The notes: generated by a model not told the origin, from the sequence alone. Shown: positions 37,390 through 47,428, counted from the stretch's first letter. The stretch is DNA of 64,000 bases from Bacteroidota bacterium (GCA_963169745.1 CAUJCU010000010.1:131487-195486), one strand, 5' to 3'. Program-made: numbers and translations.

Positions 37390-38868
37390 GTGGAATATAC
37401 ATTAGAAAACATACAAAACTTTAAAGGAAAATACCCTAAGCAATTGTGGTATCTTTTTTTAACAGAAATGTGGGAGCGCTTTTGCTTTTACGGTATGCGT
37501 GGGGTTTTGGCCATTTTTATGGTAAGCCAACTTCAGCTTAGCGATAAAGAGTCTAATTTGAAATATGGGGCTATTCAAGCTTTTGTATATGCTTTTACAT
37601 TTATTGGGGGTATTTTTGCAGATAAAATTTTAGGCTTCAAAAAATCATTATTTTTTGGTGGAATGGTAATGATTGCCGGAAATCTGATAATTTCACTTTC
37701 GCCCCATGATTTCTTTTATTATGGTATTACTTTATCCATTATAGGAACAGGATTTTTTAAACCTAATATTTCCTCTATGGTTGGAGAGCTCTATAGAGAG
37801 GATGATCCCAGAAGAGATGCAGGATTTGGCTTATTTTACTCAGGTATAAACATTGGTGCATTACTTGGCGGAGCAGTGTGTGTGTATTTAGGAAAGTATC
37901 ATTCATGGAGTTTAGCCTTTCTTTCTGCCGCTATTGTAATGGTAATTGGATTGGTTACTTTTTGGTTTACAAAAAAAACCATTGGCCCTATTGGTGATTC
38001 CCCTCTCAAACATTGGAGTGCTTCAAAACGTCTATCCCGTGAAATTATGGTTTATATAGGTTCAATGCTAAGTATTCCATTAATTTTAATTATGGTAAAA
38101 GATACCGGTTATACCGATATGTTTATGTATAGTATTGGACCCATTGTTATAGTTTATTTTATTTATGAACTATTAAAGCTTAAAAGCAAAACCGAAAAAT
38201 CACGTTTAATAGCAGCATTTTTATTTATAGCTTTCTCCATTTTGTTCTGGGCCTTTTTTGAACAAAGTGGCGGGTCGTTAAGCCTTTTTGCAGCTAATAA
38301 CTTAGATAACAAATTTCTATTCTTTACTATTGACCCGAATATTATTAATAATACTTCCAATTCATTTTTTGTAATTTTGTTTAGCCCTCTTGTGGGTCTC
38401 TTATGGGTATGGATGAGCAAAAGAAGTATTGAGCCCAACACCGTAATTAAGTTTGGATTAGGATTTTTGTTTTTAAGTGCTTCCTTTTTTATATTTTATT
38501 ATACTCGTTTTTTTGTAGATACTCAGGGCGTAACTTCATTAAATGTATTTACTTCAGCCTATCTTGTTATTACTTTAGGCGAGCTCTGTTTATCACCCAT
38601 AGGACTATCTATTATTACAAAGCTTTCACCCAGGCATTTATCAGGAATGATGATGGGATTATGGTTTTTAGGTAGTGCCTACGGGCAATATGTTGCAGGT
38701 ATTTTAGGGGCAGGTATGAGCACTCCAAACGAGAATGCTTCAAAAATGGAGAAGTTAATGTCCTATACGGAAGGGTATAAACAGCTTGCTCTTTATGCTT
38801 TGATATGTGGTTTGGTTTTAATAGCCTTATCATCGGTTATGAAAAAGTTGATGCATGGCGTTAAATAA
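37390..38868 (+). CDS. Proton-dependent oligopeptide transporter (POT/PTR2 family), tandem paralog
   Basis: LWYLFLTEMWERFCFYGMRGVLAIF and FKPNISSMVGELY. It begins 21 nt after the previous POT gene. Confidence 0.85.
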   Translation: MEYTLENIQNFKGKYPKQLWYLFLTEMWERFCFYGMRGVLAIFMVSQLQLSDKESNLKYGAIQAFVYAFTFIGGIFADKILGFKKSLFFGGMVMIAGNLIISLSPHDFFYYGITLSIIGTGFFKPNISSMVGELYREDDPRRDAGFGLFYSGINIGALLGGAVCVYLGKYHSWSLAFLSAAIVMVIGLVTFWFTKKTIGPIGDSPLKHWSASKRLSREIMVYIGSMLSIPLILIMVKDTGYTDMFMYSIGPIVIVYFIYELLKLKSKTEKSRLIAAFLFIAFSILFWAFFEQSGGSLSLFAANNLDNKFLFFTIDPNIINNTSNSFFVILFSPLVGLLWVWMSKRSIEPNTVIKFGLGFLFLSASFFIFYYTRFFVDTQGVTSLNVFTSAYLVITLGELCLSPIGLSIITKLSPRHLSGMMMGLWFLGSAYGQYVAGILGAGMSTPNENASKMEKLMSYTEGYKQLALYALICGLVLIALSSVMKKLMHGVK

Positions 38869-38876
38869 AAAATTAT

Positions 38877-39533
38877 ATGAGCACCTCTCTAAATCAAAAA
38901 ATACAGTCACTACGAAAAGAATATAGCACTGCCAGCTTATCGGAGCAGGATATTCATAGCAGTCCGTTTATGCAATTTGAAATTTGGATGCAGCAAGCTG
39001 TTGAAGCACTTGTACCTGAACCTAATGCTATGAATTTGTCCACGGTATCATCTCTAGGAAAACCAAGCTCTAGAATTGTGCTATTGCGTGGCTTTGACGA
39101 AAATGGTTTTACTTTTTACACCAACTATAACAGTCATAAAGGGAACGATATGGCAAAAAATAACTTTGCCTGTATAAATTTCTTTTGGCCTGAACTTGAA
39201 CGACAAATACGTATTGAAGGCATCATTGAAAAACTGGATGAGCAAACCTCTACAGAATATTTTCATAGTCGCCCTCGCGAAAGTCAGATTGGAGCTTGGG
39301 CTTCAAATCAAAGCGCGGTAATTGAGAGCCGTAAAACAGTTGAAGAGGCGTTTATTAAATATTCGGAGACGTTCAAAAACATCGAACAAATTCCAAAGCC
39401 CGCGCACTGGGGAGGTTTGCTACTTAAACCCGATACTTTTGAATTTTGGCAGGGTCGTGCCAGCCGTTTACACGATCGTATTAAATATACTTGTGATAAG
39501 AATAATTGGGAAACGGAAAGACTTTCGCCTTAA
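38877..39533 (+). CDS. pdxH: Pyridoxamine/pyridoxine 5'-phosphate oxidase
   Basis: FMN-binding region RIVLLRGFDENGFTFYTNYNSHKG, WQGRASRLHDRI and C-terminal ...ERLSP are typical PdxH. Confidence 0.85.
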   Translation: MSTSLNQKIQSLRKEYSTASLSEQDIHSSPFMQFEIWMQQAVEALVPEPNAMNLSTVSSLGKPSSRIVLLRGFDENGFTFYTNYNSHKGNDMAKNNFACINFFWPELERQIRIEGIIEKLDEQTSTEYFHSRPRESQIGAWASNQSAVIESRKTVEEAFIKYSETFKNIEQIPKPAHWGGLLLKPDTFEFWQGRASRLHDRIKYTCDKNNWETERLSP

Positions 39534-39630
39534 GAGTTAAAAAATTAATGAACTCGTGTTTACACTTAATAAATACATAGTGGAACGTTTTAATACGATA
39601 AATATATTTCTAAAAATGAAAAATAATAGG

Positions 39631-40839
39631 TTATTTATAGTTAGAAAATAAAAGTCTAAAAGTAGTTCCGTTATGAGTAAAAAATTGAAAATTACCATTA
39701 AGCTGTTCGCTTAAGGCTTGAATCAAGATTATACCCAAAGAGCTGCTTTTTTCAGCAGCTTTCTGATAATCGAAACCTTGTCCATTATCTTTTACCTCTA
39801 GCAAAAATAAATCATTTTGGCTCTCAAGCTTTATCTCAATTATACCATTTTCCTGAAAAGTAAAGGCATGTTTAAAAGAGTTAGATATAAGCTCATTGAG
39901 TAAAATCCCGCACGGAATAGCGGTACTTAAATTAAAATTCAAATTTGAGTCAAGATGACTGAAAACATCTATTTTTTTATTTTTGGGATTATAGACAGAT
40001 TTTAGCTCTTTAATCAAGTCTTCAATATAATTTTTAAAATTAATATTGGAATATTCTTTTCCTTCATAAAATTTTTGATGTATCATAGCCATACTGTTCA
40101 CCCTGCTTTTGCAATCGGTTAAAGCACTTTTTGCACTTTCTTCTTCCAATGTATTAATTTGCAAATTAATTAAACTGCTAACTACGGCTAAATTATTTTT
40201 TACACGATGGTAAACTTCGGCTAACAATACCTCTTTGTCTTTAATATCTTGGAGGTGCTTACCTTCGGCATCCTGAAGTTTTTTTATATATTCTAAAAGC
40301 TGGTTTTTACTGTTTTCAATACTTTTCATAAACAACCACATTTCAATAATTAAACAAAGAAAAGCGAGAATGGCAAAAATTATAAACTGAAATCGGGCAT
40401 TCGTATCAATAACAGGATTAAAAAATTTAAAAGAGTCTGAATAAAATAACGTTAAAAAAAGTAGAATAGCTGTTAATAAGAAGTATAAATACAATTCTCT
40501 TTTTTTGTTTACCCCTAAAAAAAAGGAATAACCTATTACCAACGGAAAATAAAAAAGATAGATACCCGAATGTAACCCTAAAGTTAACGATGTAAATGAC
40601 ATTAAGAAATTAGCCGTTATGAGTAGCGTGTGTGTAGCCTTTTGAACCTCTTCTTTCTTTAGAAAAAGATAAGCGAAAAGTGTTGGGACTATAAAGCAAG
40701 TCAAAACAATAGCTGTGCTGTTATAACCTGTTAAATATCGAAAAACTGCACCAAATATTAGCGCCCCTAATTGGATAAGAATAAATACTCTTATACCATC
40801 TGTTCGAAGCTTAATATTTGCATTTTTAATAATTTCCAA
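39631..40839 (-). CDS. Sensor histidine kinase (6-TM N-terminal domain, HisKA_2/HWE-type H-box, HATPase_c)
   Basis: H-box EVYHRVKNNLAVVSSLINLQ. ATP-lid region ILLNELISNSFKHAF...DNGQGF. Six hydrophobic helices at the N-terminus. No response regulator is adjacent. Confidence 0.75.
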   Translation of the reverse strand: MEIIKNANIKLRTDGIRVFILIQLGALIFGAVFRYLTGYNSTAIVLTCFIVPTLFAYLFLKKEEVQKATHTLLITANFLMSFTSLTLGLHSGIYLFYFPLVIGYSFFLGVNKKRELYLYFLLTAILLFLTLFYSDSFKFFNPVIDTNARFQFIIFAILAFLCLIIEMWLFMKSIENSKNQLLEYIKKLQDAEGKHLQDIKDKEVLLAEVYHRVKNNLAVVSSLINLQINTLEEESAKSALTDCKSRVNSMAMIHQKFYEGKEYSNINFKNYIEDLIKELKSVYNPKNKKIDVFSHLDSNLNFNLSTAIPCGILLNELISNSFKHAFTFQENGIIEIKLESQNDLFLLEVKDNGQGFDYQKAAEKSSSLGIILIQALSEQLNGNFQFFTHNGTTFRLLFSNYK

Positions 40840-40860
40840 ACGTATAAAAAAAAATGAGTG

Positions 40861-41451
40861 CTAATTAAAAATTGCCTTTATTGTGTAAATAATAATTTTT
40901 ATATCGGTAATAATATTATGCTCTTGCACATATTCCAAATTTATTTTTAACTTGGCAGGCATTACTTGCTCAATATAGGTTTTTTCAGGATTAGAGCTTT
41001 GTGCAAGTAAGTCGTTCTCATTCACATATTTTATTGAAGCCCAGTCCGTAATTCCGGGTTTTACTTTAAAAACCTGTTGTTGTTCTGGGGTATAGAGTTT
41101 TACATATTTTTCAACCTCGGGGCGTGGGCCAACAAAGCTCATATGGCCTAGTAATACATTAATAAGTTGTGGAAGCTCGTCTAATTTGTATTTTCGTAAG
41201 TAATACCCTGCAGAGGTAATTCTGCTGTCTTTTTGACCAACAGTTAATAGTCCTTTTTTATCTGAATTCGAATACATTGTACGAAACTTGAAAAGTTTAA
41301 AAGGCTTCATATTTTTACCAATGCGTACTTGCAAATAAAATACCCCTCCATGAGAGTCGCTCACAATCCATAAACTCAAAATTAAAAAAAGGGGAAGTAA
41401 GACTAATAATCCCAAACATGCAAATAGTAAATCAAACAAACGCTTTATCAT
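40861..41451 (-). CDS. Undecaprenyl-phosphate sugar phosphotransferase (bacterial sugar transferase, PglC/WbaP C-terminal type)
   Basis: [27 protein letters not shown] and PGITDWASI motifs. One N-terminal TM. Confidence 0.8.
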   Translation of the reverse strand: MIKRLFDLLFACLGLLVLLPLFLILSLWIVSDSHGGVFYLQVRIGKNMKPFKLFKFRTMYSNSDKKGLLTVGQKDSRITSAGYYLRKYKLDELPQLINVLLGHMSFVGPRPEVEKYVKLYTPEQQQVFKVKPGITDWASIKYVNENDLLAQSSNPEKTYIEQVMPAKLKINLEYVQEHNIITDIKIIIYTIKAIFN

Positions 41452-41453
41452 AA

Positions 41454-42674
41454 CTATGATGCACCAATTACAGATGCCACCGCTTTGATAACTGCATTAA
41501 TAACCATTTGTGTTTCTTGCTCCGATAAATCAACATAAACCGGAAGAGATATTTCGGCTGCAAAATTTTTATAAGTAGTAGGATAATTATTTATGTTATA
41601 CCCTTTTCCCTTGTAATAGGAGGTTAGCGGAACAGGAATAAAATGAACGTTTACTGAAACATCTTGATCAAATATTTTTTGAATAATTTCATCTCGTTGT
41701 GATTCGGTAATATTTTTTATTCTTAATGGATACAAATGGTAGGACGATTCTCTGTTGATTTCCTTAAAAATTGGTAAGTGCGCCCATGAATAGGAACTAA
41801 AATGCTGTTGATAGGTTTCAACTATTTTCTTTCTTTGAGGTAATATTTTGCTATCGTATCTTTCTAATTCAACTAGCCCAATGGCGGCAGCAATATCGGT
41901 CATATTACATTTATAACCCGGCTCAATAACATCATATTTCCAATTCCCTTTTTGCATTTTTGCCAAAGCATCTTTGTTTTGTCCATGCAGGGTTTTTATA
42001 CATAAGTATTGGTAAATTTCTTGATTGTTGAAAGGCTCAGGCAAACTTAAGGCCACTGCTCCTCCTTCGGACGTGGTCAAATTTTTAACTGCATGAAAAG
42101 AAAAAACGGAAGCATCACATAAAGCTCCCGTTTTTTTATTTTTATAACAAGCTCCAAAGGAATGAGCAGCATCACTGAGAACTAATATGCGTCCTAATTT
42201 TTGCTGCTCAGTAGTTTGCGGTTTAAATAATGATTTTATAGCATCAGCGTTTATAATCTCAATAATGGCATCATAATCGCATGGTAAACCTCCAAAATCT
42301 ACCGGCATAATTACTTTAGTATTTGGTGTAATGGCTTCTTTTAAGGCTTTAATGTTCATATTAAAATCACTCTCGTTCACATCAACAAAAACAACCTTTG
42401 CTCCGCAATGTTCTACAACATTAGCTGTAGCACAATAAGTATAAGCCGGAACAATAACCTCATCTCCGTCTTTAACACCAAACCAGCGCAGCATTATTTC
42501 AAGTCCTGCTGTAGCTGAATTTAAACATAATATATTAGGAACATGACAATAAGAGGCAATATTTTTTTCTAATTGTTTTGTTCTAGGACCAGTTGTTATC
42601 CAGCCTGATTTAAGGGCATCAACAACTTCGTCAATGATTTTTTGATCAATGTGTGGTGGTGAAAACTTTATCAT
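41454..42674 (-). CDS. DegT/DnrJ/EryC1/StrS-family PLP-dependent sugar aminotransferase
   Basis: SFHAVKNLTTSEGGAV (PLP lysine) and the N-terminal LKSGWITTGPRTKQLEKN motif. Family assignment is from these motifs. Confidence 0.8.
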   Translation of the reverse strand: MIKFSPPHIDQKIIDEVVDALKSGWITTGPRTKQLEKNIASYCHVPNILCLNSATAGLEIMLRWFGVKDGDEVIVPAYTYCATANVVEHCGAKVVFVDVNESDFNMNIKALKEAITPNTKVIMPVDFGGLPCDYDAIIEIINADAIKSLFKPQTTEQQKLGRILVLSDAAHSFGACYKNKKTGALCDASVFSFHAVKNLTTSEGGAVALSLPEPFNNQEIYQYLCIKTLHGQNKDALAKMQKGNWKYDVIEPGYKCNMTDIAAAIGLVELERYDSKILPQRKKIVETYQQHFSSYSWAHLPIFKEINRESSYHLYPLRIKNITESQRDEIIQKIFDQDVSVNVHFIPVPLTSYYKGKGYNINNYPTTYKNFAAEISLPVYVDLSEQETQMVINAVIKAVASVIGAS

Positions 42675-42676
42675 AT

Positions 42677-43168
42677 TTAATCTTTTTTACATAAAATAAG
42701 AGCATTAATAGCCGAAAAAAACAAGCTTAAAAAAATACTGAACAACAATGTTTTTCCGGTTTGACTTGTGGCCGAATAGTCTTTTCGCCATACATTCATT
42801 TCATTTTGTAGTTCTGTACCGCTTTTGCCCGAAGCTTTTAAAGAACCTTCTATTTTTGCTAATATTTCGGTGGCAAACTCCGGGTTAACATAATGATAAT
42901 AGATATACGTGAAAATCCCAAAAAGAATTGCACCTAATACCCCGGCTGATAAGCCTATTTTGAGTGCATCTTTAAAAAAAATTTCACCACCCGATATTTT
43001 TCGTGCTTTAAAAATAGCAAAAAAAGAACCGAGGAAGAGAAAAAGCAAACAAGATAAAAATACAAATCGGCTGCTTTCTTGGCTAAATCCGGCATAATAA
43101 CTCAAAATTAACCACAGCCCACAAGCTATACCAAAAATACCACCAAATTTTATACTTTGCGTTTTCAT
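42677..43168 (-). CDS. DUF4199-family small membrane protein
   Basis: 163 aa, 4 TM. Architecture and composition match the Bacteroidota-restricted DUF4199 family. Confidence in the family is moderate. Confidence 0.5.
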   Translation of the reverse strand: MKTQSIKFGGIFGIACGLWLILSYYAGFSQESSRFVFLSCLLFLFLGSFFAIFKARKISGGEIFFKDALKIGLSAGVLGAILFGIFTYIYYHYVNPEFATEILAKIEGSLKASGKSGTELQNEMNVWRKDYSATSQTGKTLLFSIFLSLFFSAINALILCKKD

Positions 43169-43179
43169 GAATAATTTTT

Positions 43180-44424
43180 TTACGAAAGTGAATATACTAC
43201 TAAGCCACTTCGAAGTTTAGGTTCAATATAAGTTGTTTTAGGAGGCATAATGCCATGATTGTCGGCTATTTTTTTTAATTGTTCCATAACTACCGGATAT
43301 AACCCAAACGCCACTTTCATTTTGCCTCCATCCACATGATTTTTTAATTCTTCCATACCTTTTGTGCCATTTACAAATAGAACCCTTTTGTCTGTTTTTA
43401 AATCATGAATGCCTAAAATAGGAGATAAAATATGCTGTGTAAGTAAAGCAGCATCTAATGTGCCCACCGGATCTTGTTCATTAATATACAAAGACTTTAC
43501 CGTAATAGAATACCATTTGCCACCTAAATACATGCTCATATTGTGCAAATGCTGAGGTTTGTATATTGTTTCTCCCATATCTTCAACATCAAACTTTTCA
43601 GCAATCATTTCTAAAAAATCTTTTTCATATATTTGATTCAGATCACTAACCACTCTATTAAAGTCAAAAATTTGCATCTGTGACTCTGAAAAATAGGCAC
43701 ATAGGAAATAATTAAAAGCTTCTTGTTTATCATAATTTGGATTTTGTAGCCTTTTACTTTTCCCTAAAAGTGTTGAAGATGCCGTACGATGGTGTCCGTC
43801 AGCAATATACAAGGCAGGCATTTGTGTGAATCCATTCTCAATCTTTTCTAGTAAGAACTTTTCTGTTACTTGCCAAAGACTGTGTCGAACTCCGTCACTG
43901 GTCGTAAAATCAAAGTAAGGATTATTTTTCTTAGCCTCCATTTTGGCATGTTCAATGTCTTTGTTTTCGGGGTGACACATTAAAACAGGCTCTGCATTAA
44001 AATCACATACTTCAAGGTAATGCATCAACTTTTCCTCTCGCTCAGTAATTGTTTGTTCATGAACTTTAATGATTCCTTCAATATAATCATCAATAGAAGA
44101 AAGTCCTATAATTCCGGTGTAAGATTGATTCTCTTTTTTTTGTTGATAAACATAAAACGCATTCTGTATACTAGGTTCAAAATAGCCCTTTTCAATAAAT
44201 TCATTAAATTTCCTCTTTATTTTTCGTAACAGTTCAGGTGAATTGGGTCTGCTTTTTTTATTTTCGTTAAATTCTGGTTTAATAATTCGTAAAAACGAAA
44301 AAGGATTGCTTTGAAGCTTATATTTAAGATGAAACGAATTATAAGAATCTACGCTTCTGCTGGTAACAAGATGCACTTTATCTTTTGCCGGCAAAAGCGC
44401 TTTAAAAGGTTTTACAATAGCCAT
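43180..44424 (-). CDS. DUF1015-family protein (start taken at the internal Met, MAIVKPFKAL)
   Basis: The N-terminus MAIVKPFKALLP matches the conserved M..I.PF.A.R start of DUF1015. The track start 24 codons upstream would overlap the divergent gene. Confidence 0.5.
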   Translation of the reverse strand: MAIVKPFKALLPAKDKVHLVTSRSVDSYNSFHLKYKLQSNPFSFLRIIKPEFNENKKSRPNSPELLRKIKRKFNEFIEKGYFEPSIQNAFYVYQQKKENQSYTGIIGLSSIDDYIEGIIKVHEQTITEREEKLMHYLEVCDFNAEPVLMCHPENKDIEHAKMEAKKNNPYFDFTTSDGVRHSLWQVTEKFLLEKIENGFTQMPALYIADGHHRTASSTLLGKSKRLQNPNYDKQEAFNYFLCAYFSESQMQIFDFNRVVSDLNQIYEKDFLEMIAEKFDVEDMGETIYKPQHLHNMSMYLGGKWYSITVKSLYINEQDPVGTLDAALLTQHILSPILGIHDLKTDKRVLFVNGTKGMEELKNHVDGGKMKVAFGLYPVVMEQLKKIADNHGIMPPKTTYIEPKLRSGLVVYSLS

Positions 44425-44457
44425 TTTTTTGTAAATTAGAGGCAAATATAAATCTAA

Positions 44458-45309
44458 TTGACAGAATCTTTTAAAAAAAATGAAGTTCATGCCCATCGTG
44501 GTGGAGCTGCCTATTATCCTGAAAATACTTTACCTGCCTTTGCTTACGCCTTACAACTTGGTGTTGATGCTCTTGAAATGGATTTGGTGCTCTCAAAAGA
44601 TAGACAGGTGGTTGTTTCTCACGAGCCATACATGCATCACGAAAAATGCTTAACGCCACAATTAAATCGTATTTCGGAACAAGAAGAAAAAAAATACATA
44701 CTGGAACAAATGGATTATGCAGAAATTAAAAAATTCGACTGTGGTCTAGTAGCTTCATCTCAATTTCCTGAACGTCAAAATATACTTGCTTTTAAACCCC
44801 TGCTTACAGATGTTATACAGCAATCAGAGAACAATAACGTAGAAAAAAATTACCTTCCATTTAAGTACAATTTAGAAATAAAAAGCAACCCTAAATATAC
44901 CAAGTACACACAGCAAGATAAAATTCTTATTATTGAAAAAGTAATAGAAGAAATATATCGCTATAAAATTGAAAGCAGGGTTGTTATTCAGTCATTTGAT
45001 AAGGAAATACTTCAATTGTTTAAAAGAAGAAATAGCTCCATCTCTTTAGCACTGTTAGTTGAAGATAATATTTGTTTTGAAAGACATATTACCGATTTAG
45101 GTTTTAAACCTGAAATTTTTTCATGCGACTATATTTATATGACTCAAAATATAGTTGATCAGCTACATAGTGCAGGCATAAAAGTTTACGTTTATACCAT
45201 TAATAAGCAAAATGATATTCAACATTTTATTAAAATTGGAGTTGATGCAATTATTACTGACTATCCTGAACAGGCTCTCCAAATTAGAAAGGCTATATGT
45301 AACCTCTAA
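44458..45309 (+). CDS. Glycerophosphodiester phosphodiesterase (GDPD/UgpQ-like, cytoplasmic)
   Basis: HRGGAAYYPENTLPAFAYALQLGVDALEMDLVLSKDRQVVVSHEP is the GDPD catalytic signature (HR..E.D). TTG start. No signal peptide. Confidence 0.8.
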   Translation: MTESFKKNEVHAHRGGAAYYPENTLPAFAYALQLGVDALEMDLVLSKDRQVVVSHEPYMHHEKCLTPQLNRISEQEEKKYILEQMDYAEIKKFDCGLVASSQFPERQNILAFKPLLTDVIQQSENNNVEKNYLPFKYNLEIKSNPKYTKYTQQDKILIIEKVIEEIYRYKIESRVVIQSFDKEILQLFKRRNSSISLALLVEDNICFERHITDLGFKPEIFSCDYIYMTQNIVDQLHSAGIKVYVYTINKQNDIQHFIKIGVDAIITDYPEQALQIRKAICNL

Positions 45310-46132
45310 AATAATAAACAACTAACCCAAAAAGTTCATGAATTAACACATCCCAAGTTTGAATGCAGGCTGTGTTCGGAATAATAGTTTTATCTGGTTC
45401 GTATCTGGTTTCCCCACTATAGCGGTCAACACTATATGCCGTTGTAGCAATTTCAAATTTTTTAAAGCATAGCTGCGCTCGTTTCATGTGAAAACCTGAA
45501 GTAACCATTAAAAAGGGCCCCTTTAGCCCTAACGAATCTATCACTGCTTTGGTATATTTGGCATTTTCATGCGTGTTGCGCGATTGATCTTCAATAATAA
45601 TATCTTCTTTCTTGGTTCCAATTGCTAACAGATAATCTCTAATTTCTATACTCTCTTTATCCTCAGGATAAACAATACTTCCTGAACCACCCACAATAAT
45701 TAGTTTTTTTACATAGCCTAAGTGATACAACTCAAGTGCCTGAAAAACCCTATCACTGCTGCGACTAAATTGAATGCGATCTAAAGTATGATCCCAAAAT
45801 GAAAGCCCCCCAAGCACTATAGCAGCTTCATAATTTTTTTCAAGAGCTTGCCGAGGAATAGCTGGCACTTCCCAAGCATGCATCACTAAATTTGTAACAA
45901 ACGAGTTGGTAAAAATTAAAAAGAAAATGATAGTGCCAACCAAGAATCGCTTTTTTAGTTTCTGATTTTTGAAAAATAAAACAGCTAACAAGCCCAGGAA
46001 AATCCATGTGAGAGGAGCAATTAAAAAACTTAGTATTTTAGATAACCAAAAAAACATTACAGAAAAAATTGAGTGTTTAAATATTAGGTCTTTTTTTAAT
46101 ACACAAAGATATATAGGATATTTGTGAAACAT
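45293..46132 (-). CDS. DUF218 (YdcF/ElyC/SanA-family) envelope-associated protein
   Basis: N-terminal TM helices. The DUF218 core is IIVGGSGS...EDQSRNTHENAKY. Confidence 0.65.
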   Translation of the reverse strand: MFHKYPIYLCVLKKDLIFKHSIFSVMFFWLSKILSFLIAPLTWIFLGLLAVLFFKNQKLKKRFLVGTIIFFLIFTNSFVTNLVMHAWEVPAIPRQALEKNYEAAIVLGGLSFWDHTLDRIQFSRSSDRVFQALELYHLGYVKKLIIVGGSGSIVYPEDKESIEIRDYLLAIGTKKEDIIIEDQSRNTHENAKYTKAVIDSLGLKGPFLMVTSGFHMKRAQLCFKKFEIATTAYSVDRYSGETRYEPDKTIIPNTACIQTWDVLIHELFGLVVYYFRGYI

Positions 46133-46140
46133 AATTTATA

Positions 46141-47190
46141 ATGCGAAACAGAATTATTAATTCTTTTTTAGTTATTGGTCAAATTGCTTTATTAAGCTTA
46201 TGCTTGTGGGTTGCAATTGATAGAGCCCTGTGGATATATTTGGCTGAGCAGGGTAGCGGTCAACTGCATATAATTTTGAATACTAAAAAAGTAGAAGAGC
46301 TGCAAGAAGAAGGCTTGCTTTCAAAAATGCAACAAAATAAAATACGTCAAATTCAAAAGGTAAAACAATTTGCAGAACATGAATTGGGTTTACAAAAAAC
46401 AAACAACTATAGCCACTTTTACGAACAAAATGGAAAACCTGTATTATGGATGTTAACAGCATGTCAGCCATTTTCATTTCAGGAGAAAACCTGGACTTTT
46501 CCCTTCATCGGCAATGTTTCGTATAAAGGTTTTTTCAACTATCAAAAGGCTGTGCTTGAGAAACAAAGTTTAAAAACACAAAATTACGATACTGACATTT
46601 CAAAAGTAACTGCTTGGAGCACTTTGGGTATTTTGCCTGATCCCATACTTTCATCAATGCTGCAAAAGGATGATGGTGAATTAGCAGAGCTAATAATACA
46701 TGAATTAACTCATGCAACTATTTATTTGTCGGGACAGGTCGATTTTAATGAAAATTTCGCAAGCTTTATTGGTCGTAAAGGAGCACTGTTATTTTTAGAA
46801 AAAACATACGGAAAAAATTCAGACCCGGTAGCAAGGTATTTAAAACAAATTGCTGACGAGGATACCTTGAAATCTTTTGTTTTATATCATAAGATGCATT
46901 TGGAACACTTTTACAATACTTTGAATAAACAGTTAAGTTTGGAAGAAAAAACTTATTTAAAAGAAGCCGAGCTAAATAGAATCACCAACAAATTATACCT
47001 CTTAAAGATATATGACAATCCGATAAAAATAAAAATAGCAACTAAAATAAAACTAAGCCAAAACGCTTTTTTTATGAGCTATAATCGTTATGATGCACAA
47101 TACTATAGAATAAACACAGCTTTTAAAAAACACTCCGATAACTTGCGAGACTTTGTTGCCTATGTAAAGAAAAATAAAAGTATAGATTAA
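46141..47190 (+). CDS. Predicted zinc-dependent aminopeptidase (HExxH; DUF2265/Aminopep-like)
   Basis: N-terminal TM/signal segment. IIHELTHATIY HExxH zinc motif. Size and architecture match the 'putative aminopeptidase' family. Confidence 0.45.
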   Translation: MRNRIINSFLVIGQIALLSLCLWVAIDRALWIYLAEQGSGQLHIILNTKKVEELQEEGLLSKMQQNKIRQIQKVKQFAEHELGLQKTNNYSHFYEQNGKPVLWMLTACQPFSFQEKTWTFPFIGNVSYKGFFNYQKAVLEKQSLKTQNYDTDISKVTAWSTLGILPDPILSSMLQKDDGELAELIIHELTHATIYLSGQVDFNENFASFIGRKGALLFLEKTYGKNSDPVARYLKQIADEDTLKSFVLYHKMHLEHFYNTLNKQLSLEEKTYLKEAELNRITNKLYLLKIYDNPIKIKIATKIKLSQNAFFMSYNRYDAQYYRINTAFKKHSDNLRDFVAYVKKNKSID

Positions 47191-47355
47191 ATGCTGAACA
47201 GATACTAAACACAATCTTATAAAAAAATAGTTAACCATATTACCTTGTTAATCAAATAAATGGTAATATTTTTTAATTATTTTTGTAAAAAATAGGAATT
47301 TGTTTTGGTTACTCTAAAAACGAGCACTATATTTGCAGCCGTTTTATAAAAATTT

Positions 47356-47428
47356 GATTCCGTAGCTCAGTTGGTAGAGCACAACACTTTTAATGTTGGG
47401 GTCCTGGGTTCGAGCCCCAGCGGGATCA
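47356..47428 (+). tRNA. tRNA-Lys (anticodon UUU)
   Basis: Manual cloverleaf: acceptor GATTCCG/CGGGATC, D-stem GCTC/GAGC, anticodon stem CAACA/TGTTG with loop CTTTTAA, T-arm CTGGG-TTCGAGC-CCCAG. CCA is not encoded. Confidence 0.85.
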
